The notes under the pieces were generated by a model, which was given only the letters and a program-made list of their open reading frames with translations, was not told the origin of the DNA and made no database searches. A stretch of 64,000 nt of DNA, taken from assembly GCF_018977255.1 (NCBI RefSeq), contig NW_024704742.1:107696001-107760000 (forward strand), written 5' to 3'. Positions 35,753 through 48,175 of the stretch are shown one piece after another; within the stretch, counting starts at the first letter, position 1; the number at the start of each line of letters is the position of its first letter. Source of the DNA: Callorhinchus milii. Lineage: Eukaryota. Position numbers and translations under genes: made by a program.

Positions 35753-36077
35753 ATAATAATAATGATAATAATAATCCTTGCATTTGATATAGCGCTTTCC
35801 ACGTCTTCTAGACATCTCAAAGCACTTCACAGAATATACTGTAAAGTGAATTGACTGTATATTTGTGGGCAAAACACAACAGCCAATTGCGCACAGCAGT
35901 GCCACACAAACAGTTGTGGATTGAAGTGACCAATTTATTATCTTTTTTCCTCTTGATTGATTATTATCAGGTATGTGGAGTAAGGAAACTTTCCCAAGGT
36001 TTCAACCTGCTGGGAATCAAACCCAGGTCTTCCGCTTGCGAGGCAAGTGCTCTAACCACTGAGCTGCAGGACTCCAC
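35753..36077 (-). mobile_element. Young tRNA-derived SINE, short subtype
   Basis: Reverse-complement copy ending ...gcaggactccac. Confidence 0.93.
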
Positions 36078-37614
36078 AGGAAACATTTTTAATCTTGCAA
36101 TCAAAGCTCTGAACCCTAATTTCCAATGACTTATGTGCTTTTCATTTCATTTCAGAAATACATGCTCCATTTAGTCACAAGTGTTTCTTTATGAAGCTAG
36201 AAAGAAGCAAACATTCAGAAGATAACACAACGGGTGTTGGTGAAGGAGGCCCATTGCCACATTTAATTTCATCCTTCCATAACACCAACCTTATCATCCC
36301 CTTGTTTAGAATTCCTGCAAAATTTACCACATTGCACTGATCTAGTATCAAACAGTATCTACAGTATCAAACAAGGGTGAATCTGCTGCAGTGGTGAATT
36401 TGTGTAGGAACTCTCCACATTAATCCAACATTTTGTCTACATGACAAGTGCCAATCTGTTCATTTCTCAGATACACTGTAAGTAAAACTACATTAACCAC
36501 AGTCTCATTTGGCTATGTCAATTCTCTTTTCCCATCAGAGATGCCATTTCTTTTGTGGTTACGCTGAGCAGCATTATTATGCTCCTATTTTCTGTAACCT
36601 GTGTAGACGTGACTTGCTTAAAAATAACCATCTGTCTCATGTGAACGAGTTGCATTTCAGTCCATTAATCAGCTGGATTCTCTCTGGCACCACGTGTTGT
36701 CCTTTCAGAGTGTGGCCTCCCTAAGGTAATCCAGCGCTTAGATTTCACAAGCTTCACAAATGGTTTTGTGACTGTCCAACTACTGTGCATCACACATTGG
36801 GGGAAAAAAACCTTTTCTTCAAACTGCTTAAAGGACTTTTTGCTGACCTTGAGGAGGTGACAATAGGGGTTAATTCTACAGAATGTACTTTGGGATTATA
36901 CTCATCTGACATGCTTTTGAGTTACTATGGCAAATCTGCAGACAATGTTTTTTAGCAGATGTACAGATGTGCAGTTGCCATAGTGAAGTCGACAAGGTGT
37001 GAGTCTCAGCCATGTACATAACAAGAATACTGAGGTCATAATAAACCACTTAACTGATAACATTGCAAACATACCTATACACCCTTCCTTCTTCATTTAG
37101 AAAACTGCAATAATGTAAATATTAACTTTAAATATTAGAAATGTTGTTTTTCATGCACCTCTACTTTTCCTCTTTTTATTCATTTCTAAAGTTGTCAGAA
37201 ATTTGGTTAAAAACAGTTTCATACCACAAGGTATATATTGGTCAGCATTTATTTAAATTGGGAAGCTCATTACAAGGTGTGCATGCATAAGCATGAATTA
37301 AGAAATTACCTGGCAGGGAAGGAAGCCTGTGGCGTAGATGTGATGAAGATATCATCTCAGCCAGACGTGGCAAAGTGCGCTTCAAGAGATAGCTGGAGAA
37401 TGGGGTCTCATTGAGAGGAGGCAGCCTGGCTCAGTTGGAAGTACTCACGGCTCACAGTTAGAAGGTTGTGTTCAAGCTTCATGTCAGGACTTTGAACACA
37501 CAGCTCTTGGTTGACACTCCAAAGCACTCCCTATATGAAAAGTGCTATGTCAGATGCAAGGTTTATAAATAGATGAAAAATGAATAGATCTTGGAATCTT
37601 GCACTACTGAAAGC

Positions 37615-39700
37615 AAACAACAACTACAAATTACATTTGTATAGCGTGTTTCACATTGGGAGGACATCCCATGGCGTTGGACAGTCAGTATTTGAGACCC
37701 AAGCTGGGAGTTGAGATTGGGAAGGGTAGAGAGCGGGGTGGGGTGGGGTGGGGGAAGCAGGGTAATCGAAAGCACGGTTGAAGAAGAGGGTCTTGAGATG
37801 GGTCTTGAAGGAGGCATGGAGGGAGCGAGGCAGAGAGACTATGGGGTAGAGTTCCAGAGGTTGGGGGCAGAGTGGCAGAAGGCCCTCCAACCAATGGTGG
37901 GGCAGGCAAGGCGAGGGACGTGAAGTAGGCTGGAGCCTGCTGAGCAGAGGGAGCAGGAAGGATGGTAGGGGGTTAGGAGGCTGCAGAGGTAGGGGGGAGC
38001 AAAGCCATGGAGAGCACTGGAGGGGGGGCCAGGATCTCGAACTGTATCCTCTGTGTGATGGGAAGCCAGGGGAGTCAGGCAAGGATGGGGGTGATAAGGT
38101 CACAGAGCCTGGTGTGGGAGAGGACACAGGAGAGGATGGAGCAAAACTGGGAAGCAACGACTTGTTCCAGGCCCTTGGAGAGTAGGAATGGGTCTAGGGA
38201 GGGTATTTTTAAGGAGAGGTGGCCATTTTTAAAGTGGTGGGAATGGTGCCAGTGGACAGGGAGTGAGTAGAAGGGCAAGGTGATGGAGCTGGGAGGTAAG
38301 GAGAGGGGGTAGGGATGAGTGAACACCAAGGGAGCAGGTGGTCGGTTTCATACAGGTTATAGTGGTGATGAGAGAGGAGTGGGAGACCAGCTCAAAGGTG
38401 TGGAGGGAGGGATGGTGGGGGCCAGGGTGAGAGGGAGAGATGGGGAGGTGATAGTAGATGAAGGGCAGAGGCAGCTGAGCGGATCCCCTCGACTTTGGAT
38501 TCCAGGAAGTCCAGCTTCGCCTCACAGTTGGCACTGAGGTGAGGATGGGCGAGACATGAAAGGGTGTGTGGTGGAGCCAGTTGGTGATGGAGAAGAGGAG
38601 CCTGGGATTGTCCTTGGTCTTGATGTAGAACCAGGATTTAGCGGAGGCAAGGGTGGCGCGGTAAGGTTTGATAAGGTCCAGCCAGATCTGCCGATGGACC
38701 GTTAGGTTTGATTTAAGCCAGGTGCATTCAATGGCACACACCTGTGCTTTAAGGGAGCAGAGGTGGCTGGTGACTTTCGTGGAAAAGAGTGACCGAGGAG
38801 CATAGGTCATTACGGGATGAAGCCCAGAAGCGAAGGCGTTCAGATGACTCCAAGAGGGAGGGGGGGGAAGATTTTTTTTCAGGGACAGTAGAAGATGAAG
38901 GTGGGTTGGGTTGGGTGGGGAAAGGGATTGAGTAGTTATGGGAGATGAAGTGATGGTCCAAGATCGCTTTGTCAATGATGGTGAGGTCCGAGATGGTGAG
39001 GCCTGAGTGCTCACCAGGTCGAGGGGGAGACCACGGACGTGGGTGGCAGAGTAAGATGTGAAGGGAGAAGTTGAGGGAGGAGATAAGGGAGGAGAAGTCA
39101 GCAGAGGTAGGACAGGAGGGGGCAAAGTGAGGTTGAAGTTGCCAAGGATGAGGAGGCATTCGGAGCAGAGGGAGAGGGAAGAAAGGAGAGTGGAGATGTC
39201 GGAAAGGAAGGTGGGGGAGGGCTTGGTGAGGAGATAAATAAGGAGAATTTTGTGGGAAAGGTTGGAGGGGTGATAAAGGTTAAGGTGCTCAAAGGAGGTG
39301 AAGTTTCCGGAGGACTAAAAAGAGAGGCCGATCGGGGACCAGGAGATGAGAGCCACCCCACCACCACGGCGATTAGGTCATGGGGAATGATGGAACGTGT
39401 AGCCGGGTGGTGTGGCCTCTGTCAGGGGAAAGGTGTCACCTGGAGTGATTCAGGTTTCTGCAAGGGCGAGAATGACAATGTTTTCGTCGACAATGAGGTC
39501 TTGGATGGTGAGGGTTTTAATGACGAGGGAGCACACACCTGTGCTTTGAGGGAGCAGATATTTTTGCCGAGACTAAGAGCGCACGGCGGGGGTGGGCAGC
39601 GAGGCATGGTTATGGGGAGAGGGGGACAATATTATAATCCCAGTGAGTCCAGGATGAGAAGTTCAAACGTAGCAGGCAGATGTGACGTCACTCGGTAGCT
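37615..39700 (-). mobile_element. L2 LINE with APE endonuclease region and 3' end but lacking the RT core
   Basis: Minus strand carries EN-like segments (IQDLIVDENIVILALAET, TPPGYTFHH, RRGGGVALIS), linker (HRQIWLDLIKPYR, NPRLLFS), C-terminus and (GTT)n tail; junction near 38130. Confidence 0.88.
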
Positions 39701-41064
39701 GGTCTCTGGTTGAATGCTCACCCAGAGAACCCGTGATGGCCGTGAAAGAGTACAGAATAACCATAAACGATTAAAGTTTTACCACTTTGCGTGCTTTTTG
39801 CATTTGAATGTATTTAAATTGAAACCTAATCAAGTTTCAAACAACTCTTGAGGCATGAACCAATGAATTTTAGAAGGACCTTTATTTGAAGGCAAATTCA
39901 AATCTTTGCAATATTTTACAACAATTGAAGCACTGAATAGGATGAGTGCCTAATAGTGCCTCAGAAATCTATTCAACAAAATCAGAAGAATGACAAATAC
40001 CCAGGAAATGTATAGGTGAGTGCCCCACATTCACACACCAGATAACCAAATATCCAACCACAAAGCTAAGTCTGCTCTGTGACTACAGGCTGAAAATATT
40101 TATTTGAGCATATAGATATTTTTACACATGTGCATATTATCTTGTGAAAGGATTTTTGCTCATGCACATATTATAATCTGCATGAGTGTTTAAAATGACG
40201 ATGTTTTATTAAGGTTGTACGATCATTGACAATGGTAAATGTATGGGGTTAAATAGAACGAGAGGGAGAAGTGTTGACAACTGTCCGGTTTCTGAATAGT
40301 GCACTTTCAACACCAATAATGTATTATGATTCTAGTAAAGTGTGTAAAGGAAATCAGTTAGCTATATCCACTATGCTTCTACAAAGTATTAGAGTTGGCC
40401 AAGATACATATAAATGATGTACTCCTCATTTAAAAGAGCTGTATGCTGCTCTCTCAATTATGCCCATTGCTGTTGATCAATATCCCCAATGAAAAGTCTA
40501 ACAGGAACAGTAAGAAAAGTAATTACAACAAAAAGTAGATTTAAATATGATCAGAAAGAAAACTTGCTTCATAAAAATAGCAGGACAAGCGATTCACTTG
40601 GAAAGTCAAATAACAAACAATAAGAAATATTTTCATAAAACCAATGTTAGCAATCAAAAAGCACACTCTGACATCAGTTTGAAAACAAACATGTGAAAAT
40701 CACAAGAGATTCAAGTAAAACTGAACTGAATATTAAATACAATGACTAAACCCTAGAGAAGAGCATTCCAGATAGACAGAGCCTGAAGAGTTGAAAACAG
40801 TCTAAGAGACAGGAGAGCAGTAGTCAGCAGACTGGAATGGATGGTGACATGTTGTAATGGCCCTTTATTCTCAGGGGAGTTGGGAAAGAGAAATGAATAA
40901 AAAAGTTTATAATGATTCTTTCGGGTACTCACTGCTTGGCAAGTGGAGTCTCTTGACTTTCTCTTGTATTATAGAATCACGCAGTCAGAATTCACAAGCC
41001 AAGGCTCACTAAATGGAGGATTAAGCTCTGCTCTTAAGGACTGCAGTAAACTTGCAAAACAATC

Positions 41065-41247
41065 ACAGAGAAAACTCAGCAGGTCAGGCAGCATCTATGG
41101 AGAAAGGAAAGTGAGTCAGAACCTCCGTCGTGGACCCGAAACGTTGACTCACTTTCCTTTCTCCATAGATGCTGCCTGACCTGCTGAGTTTTCTTAGCTC
41201 TCTCTTTTTTGTTTCAGATTCCAGCATCTGCAGTATTTTGTGTTTTG
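41065..41247 (+). mobile_element. Penelope-like element terminus with 5' inversion, flanked by a 13-bp TSD
   Basis: gaaacgttgac...ctccatagatgctgcctgacctgctgagt...ttcagattccagcatctgcagt; perfect 50-bp inverted arms; ttgcaaaacaatc at 41052-41064 and 41248-41260. Confidence 0.8.
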
Positions 41248-41403
41248 TTGCAAAACAATCTGGTCAGTTGAGGTAACCAGCACTTTGAGATATCTTTAAA
41301 ACAAATCACAAATTTAAAACTTACATACTGTCTATGCTCCAATGTCATGTATTGTTCCTGTAAATCCTTAATTGTCTTCCTATCTACTGTATTTACTTGA
41401 ATA

Positions 41404-41810
41404 TTCCTTACTCCACACGCCTAATAATAATCCCTCCAAAACCAAAACCAATAATAAATTGGTCATTTTCAATCTACGACTGTTTGTGGGACATTGCTGT
41501 GCGCAATTGGCTGCCGCGTTTCACCCACAAATGTACAGTCAATTCACTTTACAGTGTGTTCTGTGAAGCGCTTTGGGACGTCCTCCCGACGTGAAAAGCG
41601 CTATATATCAAATGCAAGGATTATTATTATTATTATTATTATTATCCACGACTGTTTGTGGGACACTGCTGTATGCAATTGGCTGCCGTGTTTCGCCCAC
41701 AAATATACGGTCAATTCACTTTACAGTCTATTCTGTGAAGCGCTTTGAGATGTCAATAAGACGTGAAAAACACTATATCAAATGCAAGGATTGCTATTAT
41801 TATTATTATA
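41404..41810 (+). mobile_element. Tandem pair of 5'-truncated young SINEs
   Basis: Copy 1 (41404-41644) ends in (ATT)n and runs directly into copy 2 (41645-41810), which starts at the Deu core. Confidence 0.9.
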
Positions 41811-41834
41811 GGTGCCGAAGTCTTCAACAAAAGC

Positions 41835-41968
41835 TCATCGACAAAAGGTCATTGACCTAAAACATTAACTTGCTTTCCTCTCTCCATAGATGCCTGACCT
41901 GCTGAGTGTTCCCAGTGACTTCCGTTTTTATTTCAGGTTTCCAGTATCTGCAATATTTTGCCTTTTGC
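41835..41968 (+). mobile_element. Degenerate Penelope-like terminus
   Basis: aaggtcattgacctaaaacattaac...ctccatagatgcctgacctgctgagt...ttcaggtttccagtatctgca is homologous to 41135-41245. Confidence 0.7.
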
Positions 41969-42004
41969 ATTTACTATTTTAATTGCTATGCTTGATTTTT
42001 GTGC

Positions 42005-42590
42005 TTGTGGCATCCTTCGAATGAGGTGTTAAACTGAGGTCCCCATCTACCTGTTCAGGTGGACCATAAATATCCAATAGCCAACAATCCGCCAGATAGA
42101 ATTAGCTATTCAAATTAATGATTGTTTGCACAACATTGCTGTTAGTAAATTGGCTGCTGCATTCATGTGCAGAATACAATCACTAAACTTTACAGTAAAA
42201 CTTATAATAATAATAATCCTTGCATTTGATATAATGCCTTATTACATCATTGGGATGTCTCAAAGCACTTCACAGAATATACTGTCAAGTAAGTTGACTG
42301 TATATTTTGTGGGCACATTATTATTATCATTATTATTTTTCTTGAAGGGATTATTGTTCCCAGAAAAGCGAATTGCCAATCGACTAACAACCGGGTTCCT
42401 ACTTACTGCTAGATGAAGAGAGGTGTGTGGAGTAAGGAAACTTGTCCAACGTTTAGCCGTGCTGGGAAACAAACCCAGGACCTCTTGCTTGCGAGGCAAG
42501 CGCTCTAACCGCTAAGCTACAGGACTCTGAGATGAAGCACTTTGAGACATGCATCAGTGTGAAAGGTACTATATGAAATGAAAGGATATA
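42005..42590 (+). mobile_element. Old Deu-SINE split by a younger SINE
   Basis: Body 42005-42203 resumes as a tail (tgaagcactttgagacat...) at about 42530. Confidence 0.7.
42204..42527 (-). mobile_element. Young SINE, long subtype, with the Deu core deleted
   Basis: Head and tail present, but tattttgtgggc joins directly to an AT-rich linker at about 42315. Confidence 0.88.
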
Positions 42591-42946
42591 CAGTAGTTAT
42601 TAAATTTCAAAGTAACTGCTTTGAAGCATATTACAGATATGATAAGGTTCTTTATCAACTTTACCACATCAAAATCATTATTATTTCTCCCCAAGTGAGG
42701 AATTTATGAATAATCTCAGAAATATTGATTCATGAAACCCACACAAGTGGAATTATGATAAAAGCAAAATTCCTGACAATGTCCTATTTTACTTACTAAG
42801 AACCCTTGTATTTGATACACAGTGCCTATAAAGTTGAAACATCTCAAAGAGCTTTACAGGAAATTGCTGTCAAGTATAGGGACTGTTTTTGTAGTCATGC
42901 ATAATTATAAGTTCATTACGGTAAAAATATTACAGAGGAACAAGTG

Positions 42947-43110
42947 ATAATAATAATCCTTGTATTTGATATAGTGCCTTATCATGTCTTCGAGATGTCT
43001 CAAAGCGCTTCACGGAATATACTGTAAAGTGAATTGACTGTATATTTTGTGGGCGAAATGCGGTAGCCAATTGCGCACAGCAGTGTCCCACAAACAGTCG
43101 TGGATTGAAA
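42947..43110 (-). mobile_element. Young SINE 3' half
   Basis: Tail plus Deu core on the minus strand. Confidence 0.9.
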
Positions 43111-43139
43111 TAATATATTATAATATTTATGGAGGATTC

Positions 43140-43520
43140 ATAAATAAAGAATCTTACATTGCTGAACAGCTTATTGAAGACAATAAGAATAATGGATATG
43201 ATCTTAGATACTGTTTGAATTTCTAAAAGCTTTTTGATGAACTTCCACAATCTGAAACTTATAAAAAATTAAAGTACATTGACTTATTGGCAAACTAGCT
43301 AGAAACTGGTGTAGCAATATAAAAGAAGCATAAACATAGGAAAACAGTTCTGGCTTGACGAGTATTCTGCAGGGGGCCCTTTTCCTTGCTATTTACACCC
43401 TCATAAATTATGTGGAGCAAGATACTAGTAATGCTATAAACATTTGCTCTGGACACTAAACTGTGTGGCCCGGTGATGAATAGAAGGGTGATTGATTTGT
43501 ATCAATTAAGTGGATGGCTG
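43140..43520 (+). mobile_element. Highly degenerate CR1 RT fragment
   Basis: aaaagctttttgatgaacttccaca (KAFD.VPH-like) and tttgctctggacactaaactg (FADDTKL-like). Confidence 0.55.
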
Positions 43521-43769
43521 ACCTGTTGCATATAACATGATTTCAGTACAACCATATCTCAGTTCCCTTCCTGACTTAAGCAATATTGATGCCCAGCTCT
43601 GGCAAAAAGTAATTTGGCGTCAGAATCCAGCCCTGAACAAAATAGATAAAAATGCACCAAAGCATTTGTTCAGTGTCAGCAAGGTTGTTTTTGGATTTTT
43701 CGTAATGTAATTAGTAGGTTTAAAATGCCTGGGAAGCTTAAATACAGGTATTATTTAGGTTGAACATGC

Positions 43770-44056
43770 AGTGATTTCTGGGGGATTGTTGGCACCGGGA
43801 GAAACTCCCTTCTCTTTTTGAACAGTTCCCCGAGATCTTTGACATCCACCTGAACAGACAGATGGTACCACGGTTTAATATCTTCTGAAAGACAGCATTA
43901 TTTATATTTATTTATATCTTCAGCATTGCGGCACACTTCTAGCACTTCATTAGCGTGTCAGTTTAGACTATGATTTCAGAGTTCTAATGGCCGGGCTTGA
44001 ACCCACAACCTGCTGACTCAGAGGCGAGACTGCTACCAACTGAGCCAGGCTGATAC
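43770..44056 (-). mobile_element. Old Deu-SINE, 5' portion
   Basis: cttgaacccacaacctgctgactcagaggcgagactgctaccaactgagccaggctga is the reverse of the tRNA head. Confidence 0.8.
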
Positions 44057-46302
44057 ACAATTAAATATGTATACAAAGCACAGGCAAGGTTTGAGACTGA
44101 AGCAAGATGATCATAAAAATTATTCATTTTTAATAAAGAAATAAAGAGCAATGAAGTGTAGCGGCAGTAAAATGAGAATGTAGATATGAGACAATGAACC
44201 CACATGACATATCTGATTGCTCAAGCTTTGCTCAGTAGGATAGCGGAAAAGTGATTTAATTCACACTTGCTTGTCTTTCTCTCAGAGTATTGTCTCAACT
44301 CATGCAAAAGTATACTTCATGGATGAATCCAGTTGGCTTCTCATTCATCCTATATTACATTTACCTGTGGAAATTGCTCTTAATATGAATTTGGCTGCTG
44401 TTCATGGCATTATTATTGGCTACATTGCTTGATATGGCTATTAAATTAAATTTTTGATGTAAAGGCAAATAAAAAAGGGAAATAGTACTAAATCCATACA
44501 TATATACATATACACACACACCCACATACACATACACACAGGGAAAGCTGTCATTGAATACAAGGAAAGAACTTCACAAAGTGTAATTTACTACACAATT
44601 CTCACAATATACTATAGCGCCTAAGGCCTCAATCTTCCAAGAGTGCACAGCAGAAAATAATACACATGTGGGTCGAAATCGCATTAGCTCTATGTTACAA
44701 ACAGAGCAGAGTAGACTTTATTTCGTGAGCTGGGTCCAATGCAGTAGCAAATTCCGTAGGGAGTGACTTTATGGAAGGCAGCACATATAAAGTGGAAACA
44801 CTGAGAGCTAATTGTTGCTTGAGGTCAGAAGAGCTAGCTAAACAGTTCAACAATAATGGATAGAAGGAATGTGGCAGGCTATGGTTCAAAAAAAATCCAG
44901 CAACTCTGACAATGAGCTCCTGACAAAGAAGCTTGTGCCTTTCCACACCAGCTCTGCAATAATGAGACAGCACAGTTTTACACAAGAAAGTAATACTGTA
45001 TTTAATTTTACTTTACTGTTTTTGGTCAGCCGGCTGTCTGACACATGCGGAAACCCAACGCCATGCTTAAGAGTATCCAAACCAAACTGAGAGTTCCATG
45101 CATCCCACCCTCACATGGAAATTCATGAGATGTTTATTGGAATGGGCACTCTCTTCCTAGAGGGATGCATCCAGTTTACCTAATTCCAGAAAGCATTAGC
45201 CTCAGGTTGCGTGCATTAGGGATATTGCTGTACTCTAACCTCCCCTAGGAGATAGTCATTAGTTGATCATATGACATCCGACAGGCGTGGGTTCTAGCCC
45301 TCATTAGATTGACGGTAGGTACCAGGAACTCCCTGCGAGTTTCCCAGTGGGCAACACAACTCAGCATGAGATGTGTGAAAGGATTGCCACCAACTTCCTG
45401 CCCATAGCTCGGACACACATCCCTTCCCATTGAGTGTAACTATTCTTTACAGAGTGCTAGTTTCTACGTGAATGTAATAAAGAAGATGACGATATTAACA
45501 CTATGTTACACATCTTACCAATTTTTCAAACTATTGTGAATTCTCAAGTTTTCTGGACCCTTGACCATTTTGAATTCCATTTTCTTACCGTATTACTCAG
45601 AACTCCTTTCTTCCCCATTTGCCATGTTGCTCTCACCTCCCTTTTCACAGAGAGTTACAAATCAATCACTCAATAACAATTCACATTCATATAGCACCTT
45701 TCATGTTGTGAGGAATTCCCAAGGAGCTGGATAGTCAAGGATTTTTTACCTCAGCTGGGGGTTGGATTTGTGGAAGTGGAGCAAAGAGGGTTGAGGTAGT
45801 ACAGGAATGATGACAGGAGCATGATCGAAAGGAAGATCTTGAGTCTTGAACATTACTCATTGATAAATAGATGTCTAGCCATTGAGCCACTTGAAAACCT
45901 AGGGCTTTGATTATATCGACGGTCACTTACCTATCCCTTTGCCTCTTTGCTCATCGTCCAACGTCACCACTGTGCAGTGCTCCAAGATGTTATTCTACAT
46001 GAAGAGTGCTAGAAATACACATTCTTGTGGTTTTTTAGCCATGGATATTTTGTTTCTTTAACCCCACCGTTGTGGCTGCGATCATAGAAATTAATTAAAC
46101 TAAATAAAGGATTTGTCAGTGATATTAATACATTGCTGGCATAATATATCAAAGAGGCTGATCTGACATAAGGTGAATTCTCTTGATAATTGTCTACCAA
46201 TCAGGGGAAATCATGACTTTTGGGATCTCTAAAATGCTTAAGGCTGCCCATTTGCAGTACTGATGTTGCTCATTACTTCATTTTCAGCATCAGCATGACT
46301 CA

Positions 46303-46530
46303 GTGTCAGCCTGGCTCAGTTGGTAGCAGTCTTGCCTCTACAACAGAAGATTGTGGGATCAGGCCCCACATTTGGACTTTGAATTGACAGTCTAGGTTGG
46401 CACTCTAGTGCAGTGCTGGGTGTAGGCTGATTTATTGGAGGTTCTCCCTGTGGTGTGGATGAGATGTTAAAACAAGGTCCCATGTGCCTGTTCAGTGGAT
46501 GTTAAAGATCCCATGGAGCTATTTCAAAAG
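46303..46530 (+). mobile_element. Old Deu-SINE, 5' portion
   Basis: gtgtcagcctggctcagttggtagcagtcttgcctct...gttaaagatcccatgg. Confidence 0.8.
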
Positions 46531-47569
46531 AGAAGGATTGTGGAAACAGGAAAGGACAAAATGGAGACAGAAGGATATTGGGAGAAAATTACAGACAGCG
46601 GGAACATAGTGACCAAAATATCAACTCATTATTTTAGTCACATAAGTGAGGGGATGAAATCCTTAAACCCTGATTTACATTAAATTAAGTATCTTAATTT
46701 GGATCCTGCACTGTCATTAATTATAACCTATATGAGTTTAGAACAATCGTCCAAGAGGCGTTAAGTAATAGATAATTACTAAAGTTCTTTGAGAACCCAC
46801 AAAACGTTTCATAATTCTAACAGTTGCCAACAAGCAGAGGTTCTGTTGCTGAAGTCAGCAGTGATAGTCATAGCATTGAGAAAGGGAGTAATTTACTGCT
46901 TTAATCAATGGGGACATAACATAGGCTCCAAAACACAATGCTACTCTGGGTAAACTGTCATTTGCTTGGTGAAATGAGAATGCTGATGGATTTGCAGGGT
47001 TCCAGTGTCAAATTTCTAAAGCAACGTGAAATGATTTTTTCTTTGTCTGATCAGATCTGGTATGCTGCCAACTTATCATAAAATAAATATACTCATGAGT
47101 AATTTTGGCCATTTTTATTCTTAATCTATGCTTTTGAGTCTAAATGGATTACTTAGTCTTAATAGATCTGTGTGGTTAAATACAGATGAGTGAACATATT
47201 AGGTCGCATTCTTATTCACTATAAAACCTATTCATAAATTGATTGTTCTATTCAAATATCACACTTAAAAGAGACTGGTCAGGAGAGCTAAATTCAAAAA
47301 TGTGACTAATTTATAGAGTAGTTAAAATACAATGAGGTCCATCCAAAATGTAACACATTGAATGGACCCAAATATGTTTATTATAGACTCTCCATATTCC
47401 TCCACCTACAAACACACACTTCATTCTCAATGATAAAGTTATTCAAGTCAGGTATTGAACATTCGGCCTTGCCTTTTTAGTTAACAAACAAATTCAAATA
47501 CCAGCTCTTTAGTTAATAAACAAATTCAAAAATAATTCCTATGTTAAGGATACAAATTCTCACACTTTG

Positions 47570-47870
47570 TTACTGAGAATGCTCTCAGCTCTATTTACCT
47601 GCCCTGTTCCCATCCCCCTTTCACTGACTCTTTTGAAGATATTTGTCTATTTCCCTCTTAATGGCCAATATGGATTCTGCCTCAACCACCGTTCCGAGGA
47701 GGAAAATCCATATCCTAACTACTCTGTGTGAAACCTCCCCATTTGCTCATTTATTAACTATCTTAAATTAATAGTTACCCACTCACCAACCAATGGAAAA
47801 AAATGTCTCCCTATTGACATTATCAAAACCCCTCATAACTTTAAAAACCTCCATCACCTCTCAACCTGAA
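47570..47870 (-). mobile_element. Degenerate CR1 3' fragment
   Basis: Similar to 10990-11300 (actctgtgtgaaa; tcaaaacccctcataactttaaaaacctc). Confidence 0.6.
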
Positions 47871-48175
47871 TTCATTTGAAATTAATTCTGTGTGTCCACA
47901 ATGACAGAGAAAAACATTGACTGATTTCCTAAAACACTACAAGAATTTCTAGTACAGGATTTTAAGAACAATAGAGATTATGAATTAAGAGGTGAGCTAC
48001 ATGCTAAAGGCACAAGTGGAGAACAGGCAATGTCCCAGATTGGGTGCACACAAGAATTCTTAAGAAGATGAGCAGTGAAATTGGTCTGGTGGATATATTT
48101 GGGACTCATTGATAGCGATTGATGCTTGAAGATTGGAAAAGGAGGGGGAGATAAAGTTCAGTTTCTTTGCACAGT

